A program made the translations under genes and the position numbers. DNA of 36,928 nt from Kudoa neothunni. Lineage: Eukaryota; Animalia; Cnidaria. Position 1 is the stretch's first letter. Each line of letters opens with the position of its first letter. The notes under the pieces are model-generated. The model searched no databases. It saw only the letters and a program-made list of their open reading frames with translations, and was not told where the DNA came from. Location of the stretch: positions 11,599,450-11,636,377 of the forward strand of contig OZ199839.1 of assembly GCA_964304625.1 (NCBI GenBank), read 5' to 3'. This document shows positions 24,001-34,585 of this stretch, in pieces.

Positions 24001-27000
24001 TAATTGGTACAATTCGTAAGAATAAACGAGATACACCGTCATTCCTCATCCTTAATAGAAGAACCCCTGGTGAATGAGTCAAAATTTGTTTTCGACAGAA
24101 AGGAAATATTGGTATCGTTCATTCCAAAGAAAAATAAGAATGCCCTCCTATTGTGTACATCCAACCATAACATAAAACTTTCTAGAGTGTTTCCCCATTC
24201 GCCAGATGTTATCCCACAGTATAATGCTGCTGTAGGAGGCGTTGCCATTGTAAATCGTATGCTGGCATCGGTTTCAGTGAGACGATTCGCCAGAAGATGG
24301 CCGTTAGTTGTGTTTTACAAACAGACATTTAACGACTCAAATATTAAAAGAAAAGATTTTTTGAATAAAATCGCTTTTGAATTATCTGAGCCATTGAATA
24401 AAATTCCACAGTTAGTAGAGCATACAGGTTCCATAAATCCTCGACATTCTGATAAAAAATATTGCAAAAAAGGATGTATCTAGTATCTTCGAGATAATGA
24501 TAAACAAAAAACAATCACATGTAATCTCTCCAAGTGTCCATGTTGCAAAGAACATGCAACTTATTCTTGTAAAGATTGTACTGTACAGTTATTTATAACA
24601 TGAATTTTAATTAGTTTGTTCCCAAGATTGTATGTTATTATAATTGTTCAGTTATTTTTTATATATCAAATAATTTTTAAACTTAACTTATTTAGTCCTA
24701 AAAAATGACATAAAAATTGAAATTATTTAATGAAATGAAAGCCTGTGTAATTTACTGTATTACGTTTCGATTGCCAAGTTTATATTATAAAAATAGAAAC
24801 ATTTATTTTGTTCAATAAACCAATTATAATTTAATGGATTTTTTACAATTTCTGAGGATTTTAAGAGAATTTTAGAAACAGTAATTTTAAATTTCGACAA
24901 TCGCGCTTTATATAGACAATATGTACATACGCACCTGTGCGGAGAAATTTAAATCGTGAAAATATTATGAAAACCTACGAATTTTACAATTTTATTTCAC
25001 TATTGGTTATTAAATGAGCTAAGAATGTGAAATATGCAAAAAACCTTTGGGGTCTTTTTTCACCACATTGTTATTCGGAAGGTGCCTAATTTTGTATTAC
25101 TTAGTAAGTTAAGATATAAATTAAGTAACTGGGTTTAAGCAATCTCTTTAGGGCCTTAAAACTCGCATAATATTGATTATGCTCCTTTTTACAAAAATGT
25201 TGAAAAACACATATTTTTTTATAGATTATAATTTATTATACTTGAATTGCCTTAATTAAGTGTAATAATTATCAATTTTTTTTTGCTTAAAATTATTTGA
25301 ATATATTTTAAATATTCCCTTTCAGGAAACGTCAAATTATCATGTTAACTACTATAATCGATTGACCTTATTGTGAAAATTTTAACTTTTTTTCGTTTTT
25401 TAAGAAGCCTCTAAGGGTGGATATGGAAAATATATTAAGTGTTGTGTAGTAGCCGTCTGACACCTTCCTTAGATCTAATGTGAAAAATTTTTATTATAAT
25501 GTTCTTCAACTATTCCGTTAATCTATTTAATATTTGGCCAAATAAACTAAATTAATCAATATTCAAAAAATGTGCCAAGGAAATTTAGTAACACTTCAAG
25601 TCACTTTATTGGCAATATGAAAAAGTTTTGATCTTAATATATTATTTGTATGTCAATTTTTTATTAAATATATTCCAAAAATATTATCTATTTATTCTTC
25701 ATCGAAATAATCAAATTTCTTTTTTTTAAACTGGATAAAGCTCATCACTTACTGTATATCAAAATAGGGGGCTTATTCGGTTGTCTAAGAACTTTCCCAT
25801 TAAATAAGAAATCGTATACATACCAAGATGAATTATCCGAATTGGTATTTTTCGAAAATAAATAAGAACTTTTTTAAACGCTCCTAAGTTTCTTCAATTT
25901 TATTTGTGTGATATTGAGATACATTAAAAAAACAGTTTACTTCCTCATCGATTACTCCCACCATCCAATACTGCCGATTTTTATAATAGGCCAACATGAA
26001 ATTTTATGCAATCGAGATTTCGTCTATTGGCACAACTATCCCTTCATCATCAATTTTCGAGTATTCGACATTTATTGAAGTCTTAAAACCAAAAATTGTT
26101 GAACGTGATGAACTATCCAGATACAGTTAGACGTTGATCGTAAGAGATAGTCGGATAAACAAAGAGTAAGAGAAAACAACATAAGCATACAATGAAACTT
26201 TGAAATTTCCACATGATTTTTAGTTTTGAGTGAGAATTTGTTGGATTAATTCCGCCAAAACTAAAAATTGAAACCATCGTTGGTGTCTTTAGATGGAATT
26301 AGGCTAATATTTTCTCTGAACGTAATTTTCTAAAGTATCGTAACATTCTGAGATTAGTCTAATTTTTAATACGATAATCTTAGTAATCTCATAAATAACC
26401 CAATTACGCATTTATACCATATTAGCGCGAAAAATCTGACCTGCCCCAGAGTGCACTAATATGAATTTAAACAAATCTTGAACAATTAAAAAAATATATT
26501 AGTCCCTTTATATAACCTTTGACTGAACATTATAAACTCATAATTTGTTTATAATATCCCCTTTTTGACCATCTTGTTAAGTAAAAAAATTTTATTTGTA
26601 AAGAATTACCCGGTTTCGTCCAATAATGAGATTATTTGATTATAAAAACTTTAAAGAATAAAAATAATTTTTATCATTAAACCGGTCCGTCAATTAGAGT
26701 ATTATAGCAAAATCTTAATCATAGTAACGTCCTTTTGACAACAATATTCATCAATATAAAAAGTAATATCTCGGTCTTCTTCACTTTCTCAGTTAATAAC
26801 TTTATCTACATTTTGAAATCAAAAGTTCTTACAACTCGTAAGGTGTTTTAATCACATTATCCAACCCGCCTATGAGCTAACAAATCTAAAAGCTTTTTAA
26901 CAGTGACACCCTAAAAGGAAGCGTGTTAATTTCAATTTAAATTCATATAAAAAATGAACAACTTTTTTGAAAAAATTAAAAATGCAGTGTGAATAATTTA

Positions 27001-30000
27001 TCCACCTGAATTAATCTTCCCCTTGAATAATACGTGATTGTTTATCCAGCCCCCGGTCTACGCAAGCAAAAACGCTGTTGAATGTCTTAACTATGTTCGA
27101 ATGGTAAAAACATAATATCACAATCTTATAGTTGAAGAAGCAGCGGAAATTAAAAGTTATTTACACCGATCTCTATATTATATTAAAGTCTGACGAGGCA
27201 GTAATCTTATTATAGGGTTTCCCCATCTAACTCGTTATTTTTGAAACCAAACGCGCTTATTTGCAATCTAACGTGGCACGTCTGCCATCAAGCTCGTCGC
27301 GTCGAAATTTAATCAAACACATTCTTTTAATCACGCTCAAAAATGTAGGCTTAAACATTCAAACCTATAATTACTATCATCACTGTTATTCATTCTAATA
27401 TTACCTCTCTTCAAGAAGACCTTGTGATATAGCCCTGCATTTTTCGGTAGAACCCATCACAATGTGTGTGTTATTTCGTCGAAACACTCAGCAATAGCCA
27501 ACTTCTTACTAATTTTTTCCAGAAAGAAAAGACCTTCTCAATAGGGTCGAGGAAGGGTGAATATGGAGGCAGGTATTTTACGACTAAATTTTTCGCAAAA
27601 ATTATGTCCTGAATACCCCCGTAGTGATGGATCTTTGCGTTATCCATCATAAATATTGGATCTAGGATCTCGTTATTAAAACAGCTAGTTTTCAACTCCA
27701 GCAAGCAAGCTTTAAAGTCTTTGCCGGTTATAACCTTATCATGTATTTTATTATAAATTACGTAATTTTTATTGACTGCAGCAACCACTGAAATATTCCT
27801 ACTTCTAACGGCCAACGCAAAACAATATGCTAATATGCCTCTCAATGAGCGTCCTCTCTTGGGTCGGGTAACTACAGAAAATCCCGTGTCGTCCAAAAAT
27901 AAGAGGCTTTCGTGCATTAAAGTGATTTCTAGTTCCCGAAACATTTCCGCATATTGGAACCGCTTTTCTATTGTTGTAGAACAATTCCTCCTTTCAGGAA
28001 CCCTTACCACAAGCTTGAGAGTGTAATGGAACTCTCAGATTACCCTATCGACTGTACTAGGAAATGGTAACTCCAAATTCGTCCTAAAGTTTTTGTTTTA
28101 GTTCTTTTAAAGATTTTAATGAAATTTCGACAATCTAACTGATCATTTTTTCTTCCTGATCCATTGAAAGAAGTGATCGTTTGTTTCCGCTCTAGGTTTT
28201 GGTTTGGAGCAAGAGTGCCGGTGCTTCTAAATTTGGACAATATCGGCAAAACTGTGGATCTCGGTAACCTCATTTTCGAAGGGATATAGCCATCAGTTTT
28301 TCCATCTAAGCAAAAATTGCACATTTTCCACCTTACTTAAATCGGCAGAGATGATTTTTCTTTGTTTTCTTTTAGGTTTCGTATTCGATGTCAATCTAGC
28401 CGAGTCGAATTGCTCTGAAACTATACACTCGGAGTCACTTGAAACTTGGCACAAATTTGGATTCATTTAGATTAACAACAATTTATTTAAAATCAATGCG
28501 TAGCGTTAACCGAGAATGCACGTTAAAACCTAGATCTTGATTGTGTAAGTGCCGAGTTAGATCGGGAAACCCTATATCATCAGCGTTGACCTGCCGACAA
28601 TAAATTTACTCTGTCAATTCACCATTCTACTATTAATCAAAACCCCCAGTTAAATTTTTATAATTAATTTTTTAAAGTATAAAAATAATTTCAAATGCTC
28701 AAAAGTCTCTGTATAAGGAGAAGATTTGTGTACACACTCAAACACTACCGCTTTATATATACAGTGGAAGTGGATGACGGGTGGATCGTAATTTCTAAGG
28801 TTGGGCGCGTGACACTATGGAGAAAAAAATTCTAGAAATCATCTATAATGATAAATTATTTTGAAGGAAATTACTCAGTTTTAGTAACATTTTTAAGTTT
28901 TCTGTTAATTACATTGTGTATTTCTCGTTCAATATCCTTCGCTGTTTATAACTATTTAAACTGTGATATTTCAAGTAATATCTTAAATTAGATGAATGAG
29001 AGAGGCAATTTAGAACGGAGTAATTTTTTGTGCTCTATCGCCAAACTTGTCATCTCTGTGACAGTTACCATCACTTATAAATTTACTAATATTGGCGTCA
29101 TTTTTCAATATTGTTTACGCTTCATGTCTTCACTTGTTTTAGAAAAAACTTTATTAATTCATATTTCTCTTTTAATGCCCTAACTCGGTTTTTATTTCTG
29201 CCCCTATTTCGCCACCAATCTAAAACAAAAATCTCAACCAACCAGAAAAGTTACGAACCACATGTCACTACAAAATAATCCATAAATAACACAATTAATT
29301 AATTGAAATTATTTTATTTATATCCTTAGTGATCATAAAATCGTTTTTAAATAATTGGTGAAATAAATAACTTATTATAATTTTTTGTGTACGTTAATTT
29401 TGTAACATTTTCTCGAATTACTAACTACACGTCACTACGAACCACCCGTCCCGTTACCCACTGTATAGATATACTTTCAAGCGCAATAAATACCTTGGGA
29501 TTCTTGCTCACGTTAAAAATATCTATTGTCGTGGATAACACAGATACTGCAAAATAGACATTCTTGAATGAGATTTTAATTTCCAATTTGGGGCAATATA
29601 TTATTTTTATTAAGAACAAATTATTCGTTAAAACAGCTTAAATTCATTGTAGCATTTTTTCGTATTCAATACGTGACTATATGATTAAAAAATTATAACA
29701 TCCCGATTATGATGATTCAATAATAAAGGAAGGTATTGTATGAAAACTTTGAGTTTATTAGTTATTTAAATCGAAATTGTTCATCAAATTTCTGGATAAT
29801 AGTAAAATAATATAAATAATAAATGTAATTCGGATGAGAAACTTAATTTTAATGTATTTGATTTATTGGTTGAGTTGCTCATCATAAAAAACAATAACTT
29901 TATCCATCAGAAAAAACTGACGTAACATTTTTTTAATTCATAACAATTTTAAAAAAAATTGTATTCGTAAAATATTCTTTTAATCTTATGAATGAATTAA

Positions 30001-31008
30001 TTTAGAAAAATGACGTTAAAAATCTGTGATGTTAACGTTAACCAACCGATAGTATACTTGAGTGACTGGCATTAGATAAAATTCATTATTCTCAATGGTA
30101 ACAAATCATAAAGTTAGAGAAATAAAATAATTACAAATTGCTTGGAGGAATGACTGGAATTTTTAGTTTAACAACCAAATGCGGTAATACAATACGGTTG
30201 TTAAGTAAAATAATAAAAAGGGAATTTAAATTTTACAATCGGAAGTAAGAATTTGAACAAGAAATAAACCTGCAAAGTGATGAAGTAATAAATTGAGTGG
30301 ATTTGGAAATATTTTGCCATACCAAAAAGACAATTTACAGCGCCGGAAAATACCAACGACATGGTTAGAAATCCTCTGAGTGAGGTTCTTTCAGCTACGT
30401 TGCCACTACATGATTGGATTATATTAAGTTATTGAAAACAAATACAAGGAAAATTGACAATGTACCTAATAAACATAAAAAGGGCATAAGAAACAGCCCA
30501 GAGGGTGTCCATTAAAGAGAGGATGGTAATCGAGTTGGAGGAATCTAAAAAAATTAGAAATGGCATTAAGTTTTTTCCACAAAATTAAGTCAACATACTG
30601 AAAGGAGAAAATCCTGGATTTGTGCAATTGGCATTTATGGTAATATTACAACCTTTGAGGGTATTCTATTTGGAAAATTATTCGGTTAAAAAGACACGCG
30701 GAGAATTTGTGACGAATACTTTAACAACTGGAAACGATTTACGACTTGAATGAAGCATCATATAGGACCAGTACGTGAGCAGCATGATGGCAGCTTTGTT
30801 TCTAATGCAAAAACCGGTAAATAAATAAATGAATAAAACATAAATGAAATATAGCTTTAAAAAATTGAAAATAACGAAGAATAAATTGATAAATTTAATG
30901 TGATTGGTGTCAACAAACAAATTACAGATTCAGTCTTTTTTTAAACGTGGAGAAACCACAACCCAATTTCATAAGCCATAGCCCAAATGGAAGACTTTCT
31001 TGATTCAT
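18018..31008 (-). CDS. SLC37A1/A2-like sugar-phosphate exchanger (OPA family MFS). Exons 31008-30926, 30801-30720, 30665-30599, 30544-30466, 30405-30270, 19895-19726, 19673-19600, 19560-19450, 19388-19258, 19115-19025, 18974-18900, 18845-18757, 18708-18660, 18610-18537, 18457-18382, 18332-18289, 18212-18159, 18104-18018
   Basis: All 17 junctions are GT-AG and keep frame. Motifs match animal SLC37A1/2: HSSRKSFPVVK, YALFMFISGNVAER, VQSFGWPS..WFG..GIWNS..GNILG, RALMIPGVIEYSLSLFFSKLVTYTFLFWLPFYI, LITTAVS, AIIDGTGSIGSAIGP. Confidence 0.92.
20121..21657 (+). mobile_element. Internally deleted piggyBac element
   Basis: TTAA TSD at 20117-20120 and 21658-21661. TIR CCCTCTAACGAT / CCCACTAACAAT. Subterminal GGGGTAAATTTTACCCC motifs (about 20136, 20314, 21600). 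Remnant NTTKCGVDNVDR..R*PLIVF at about 20970-21065. Confidence 0.9.
22873..25108 (+). mobile_element. Near full-length decayed piggyBac element (transposase pseudogene ~22985-24600)
   Basis: TTAA at 22869-22872 and 25109-25112. Decayed TIR ..CTAAGTAA with subterminal GGTGAAAAAAGACCCC at both ends. Motifs VCLDEQLVSFRG, YGLKFF, DNYF, IGTIRKNKR, YNAAVGGV, RRWPLVVFY and a Cys-rich C-terminus. Confidence 0.9.
25620..26400 (-). pseudogene. Merlin/IS1595 (ISXO2-like) transposase remnant
   Basis: Minus strand KIDDEGIVVPIDEIS (cf. KIGGEG.IVEIDES), QYWMVGVIDEEVNCF, and HTNNI at about 25650 (cf. HTNTIE). Heavily degraded, boundaries approximate. Confidence 0.6.
27213..28574 (-). mobile_element. Tc1/IS630-like transposon (family B)
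   Basis: TIR TAGGGTTTCCC(C/G)ATCTAACTCG at both ends, with TA flanks at 27211-27212 and 28575-28576. Confidence 0.92.
27370..28465 (-). pseudogene. Frameshifted DD34E Tc1/IS630 transposase
   Basis: LPRSTV..ILSKF HTH, LFLDDTGF, MMDNAKIHH...YLPPYSPFLDPIEKVFS with 34 residues between D and E. Split over ORFs 28040-28324 and 27471-28010. Outer ends approximate. Confidence 0.9.
28762..29463. mobile_element. Non-autonomous TA-targeting TIR element (Tc1/mariner-superfamily-like), 702 bp
   Basis: TA-CAGTGGAAGTGGATGACGGGTGGATCGTA at the left and inverse TA-CAGTGGGTAACGGGACGGGTGGTTCGTA at the right. No identifiable ORF. Confidence 0.7.
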
Positions 31009-31440
31009 TCCTGGATTTTCTGATAAATACTAAATCAATGTGTACGTGTATTGGAAAATAATGATCCTCTTAACGTTACTTCGCCAAAACTTATGAATAG
31101 TGTGAAAATAAGTCGTTGGAATAAACAGCTTAACAAGTAGTTGTTGGACTGGGGGAGTATAGAATGGCAGACAATTATGTAGACCTAAAACCAGAAAATA
31201 TGCCACGTTAAGTTGCTGAATTGTAATAACAAACAAACGCGATCACAAACAAACACACTTATTTAAACAACAAACAAACAGATCCCTTACACGTTATATA
31301 GTGAGTAGATTGTTGAAAGCAGATGCACAAAACGCATTAAAAAACGACAAAGGTTTTAAAACGTAATCAAATTCACTAAGTTCAAAAAACACATCCAAAC
31401 GATGACATAAAACTACTTAAATAACTATTAACTAGAATTT

Positions 31441-34400
31441 TTATAGTTTGTTGTCGGATGGCAGAGTGTTCTGAGATTGTTCAAAGTGGGCATTATTGGC
31501 TACACATGCCTCATGAAAAAAGGCCCAGAATCGGCCAGAAATCTCTTCAACAAATGCGATCGCATCATTAGCGTACAACTCAATCCAACAAGGAGTACTA
31601 GACACTGCATTCCTGCTGTAGTTGTATCCCCATCCTTTAACAAAGCTCAAGCTAAATGGAAGATTTCAATGAGTTGCCAGGTGGATATCCCTCAAGGATA
31701 GAATAATACCTTATTACGCATCGATTGTGTAGGGTTTCGATTGTAGTTTTGAATTTGTTTAAAATCTCATTTATTTGTGAACGATTGTAATTGGAATCGT
31801 TGTTGAGGTTCTGTTTGTAGTTTTGAATCATTTGCTCAAGTATAGCAAGGGATTGTTCGGTTTCGCGTACAAAATATTCCCAAATAAAAACGTGAACCGA
31901 TACATCGGTCAGAACTTTGTGGACTGCCCCTCCTACTGGGCTTTTCGACTCAACATCCATAAAATAGCTGTGTATGAAAATGCTGCCCTCGCTCAAACAT
32001 CTGATAGATATGTTTCCGTCAGATCGTTTCTTGATGCGAATTCCCTTTCCTAACAAATTAAGAAAATATAAGTAAATTCTAATTTAGGGTAATATAATCT
32101 AGTTTTTGTTAGAGATTAATATATACTAATCACAACTTTTTAAAGGAACTATAAAAATATTATAACATCCCGAATTTTTAACCTTTTTAAAAATTAGGAT
32201 ATATTGCGGAAATTATAGATTAATGTATTTCTATCAAGATAATTTCAAATTGAGACTGGTCATTAATTATTAAAAAATAGATCAAACATAAATAGTTATT
32301 TTATTGCGTAATTACGGTATAACAAATAATTCAAAAAAATTAAACTAATAACATAAATAAGAAAATACTAACTAAATCTTTTGTGCATATAATTAATCCC
32401 AAATATTCACAAAGAATTAACCCCACTCTTTTCGGATTCTGATTTAATAATTACAGAAACCTGGTAAAAATTTAAATCTTTAGAGATTAAATTTCTGAAA
32501 TACTTTAATAAAAGATTTAATAAACATAATTAGAATTTTATCAACTTTTCCTAAACGCATAAAGTGGTTATAATTTACCTATGTTATTGATGCATCGATT
32601 GACCGCATCATCTCTATTTGAGCTGGTGTTTAGCTGAGCAACACTAAGACGAAAACTATTCTTTTTAATCGTCGACACGTTTGTGTATCCATCAACGTAG
32701 GCATCTCGAATGCATACAGGAACGTGGGTCACGTCTCCAACTTGTTTGTCGTATTCGTGATAGATGATGCTACACCACGAGTTATGACTCCCGATCTCAC
32801 CAATTGGATGGAAATCTACAAACATTGATTGTGGAGGTGAACACAAAGGTTTAAAAAGACCTACCCAATGTGGATGACTCAACACTATATCTGTCAGTAG
32901 AAGTGTCGTCCGAATGGAAAATGTAGGAATCGGCAATTTGCTGGCCGGACATGTATTGCGATTTGTTTTTGGTGACAATGTCTAAATTAGATTGTGATGG
33001 GTGCAATCGAAAAAACCACTAGAATTAATGATATAAGGTTAACAATTACACTTTCCATCCATCGAGATGATCATATTATTGGCAGGGATGTGTTGATTGG
33101 AGTTGATAGTAAATAGACCGCAATTTTTTCCATTCTCAACCACTAAAAAGTGGATATTTTGTCGGTCAAAATAACAATAACGATCATAAAATAAAAATTT
33201 ACCATGAACAGGAGTGAGATCGTTGGTGCTAGTGGTAGGAGTGTTTTCTTTATTTTCCTCATTATTGGTCATGAGTAATTTGAGCTGGTTCCTGATCTCC
33301 TCAAATCCATCATTCGCCGCAACATTTCTCGTTGGTTCGACAGTGTCTGCCTCTTCTTCCACCGGAAGGAATGGTGTGTTTGTTTTAGGGCACACGCCGT
33401 TGTTGGCCATTTGAATTGGGTGGAATTCTGTTTGTGCTGGTTGTGGTTGGTACATCGAACCATACAGTTGGTTTGTAGTCGGCATAGACTGACGAGAACT
33501 CAAAGAGAGATTCTCGTAATAAGAAACATTATCTTCGAATGGATTGAATGGAGGATTGTAAATAAGGTCAGAGATGGTAATATTGTTGGTTGTGGAGTTA
33601 TTAAAACTGTCGGCGGAAAAAGGATATTGCGATTGATCATCGTTGCTAACCTCTGTTGGAATACGACATTAACCAAATTCTCACCACACTATAGACATAC
33701 CAAGAACCAATCGACTATCAATAAAAGTATAAAAGTTTCCCATCAAACTTTTTTGGATGAACAATGACGTCAACACATAATGGTAAGGATTAAGACAAAC
33801 GAGATGGTCGTCTGAATGGAAAGGATGCTGACATCGAGGTACAGAATTAAGATCGTTTTTCGATCTCACATATGGTGATCGAAACAACCTAACAACCAGG
33901 TAAAGTTGAGAATGAAACAGCGATAAACAAAGAGATTAGTTGTTGGATACGAAAATGATTTACTGGAATGATAAAATGTGAGGGAACCGTTTGTTTCCAT
34001 CCACCTGAAGACGACCATCCTGAGTTTTATTGATCACACAACAACTGTCAGAAATACGACCATTGGTGATGAGTGCAATGAGAATATTTTTGATGGATGA
34101 GCATTCCCTCCTCATGCGTCTTACCAGCGAGACTATACTTTTGCGTATGGTTATGCTGGATAGAAAACCGTTTTGATTTTCTCTCTATAAATTGGGTTAC
34201 ATAAAATATGAGAGTAGGATATTTGTTATCAAACACCATCCAACAAAACAACTCAAAATTAAAAACAAATCAATTAGTATCGGATGATAATGGTGCAGCA
34301 AACAAAACTCACCTCCGATAACCACACGAACAGCTCAACCACATAGTTGAAACCAGATACCAATCTGTTATTAGCCACAAGGTCATTAATGTATGTGTAG

Positions 34401-34585
34401 AGCAGTTGTTCATCTTCGTATTGTGCGTTTGGCGAAGAGAGAAAGTTGTAGGCAGCAAGAATCTCACTTTGTTCTTGGTTTGCTGGTCTCAAATGAGACA
34501 AGCTGATAGACCTACCGACGGTTGATCTATCATCGTGTAGCTGTAGGTTGTTTCTATCAACCATGGATAGATATTTACGAAGCAT
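31441..34585 (-). CDS. SMAD4: SMAD4/Medea-like co-Smad. Exons 34585-34313, 34184-33964, 33888-33749, 33652-33203, 33142-33050, 32981-32865, 32815-32579, 32049-31710, 31651-31441
   Basis: MH1: ALITNG..DSCCVINKTQDGRLQVDGNKRFPH...RCQHPF..VCLNPYHY. MH2: WCSIIYHEYDKQVG, VDGY, IGKGI, RCLSEGSIFIHSYFMD..GAVHKV, SMAD4-type helical insert, LSFVKGWG.NYSR..TPCWIEL. No C-terminal SSXS. Linker-region splice sites are less certain (intron 33202-33143 is in frame). Confidence 0.88.

Larger units (their letters stand above)
26598..29470 (+). mobile_element. Probable Helitron/Helentron-like non-autonomous element interrupted by two TA-inserting elements
   Basis: Start AAGAATTACCCGGTTTCGTCC and end TATAAGGAGAAGATTTGTGTACAC...CTTTATATATA[insertion]TATAGAT resemble, from recall, invertebrate HINE/Lep1-like termini. 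Not database-verified. Confidence 0.4.
19896..30269 (-). other. 10,374-nt intron 5 of the SLC37-like gene
   Basis: Donor CAG|GTTTAT at 30269 and acceptor TTAG|GTG at 19896 join ...YYFITLQ|VISGIVQSFGWP..., which is contiguous in SLC37 homologues. Confidence 0.88.

Noticed and set aside
31477-33767. Plus-strand ORFs opposite SMAD4
   Set aside because: Antisense shadows of coding exons.
34201-34251. Possible extra SMAD4 exon LFCWMVFDNKYPTLIFY
   Set aside because: It would leave a 16-nt intron. The direct 34313 to 34184 splice matches SMAD4 better.
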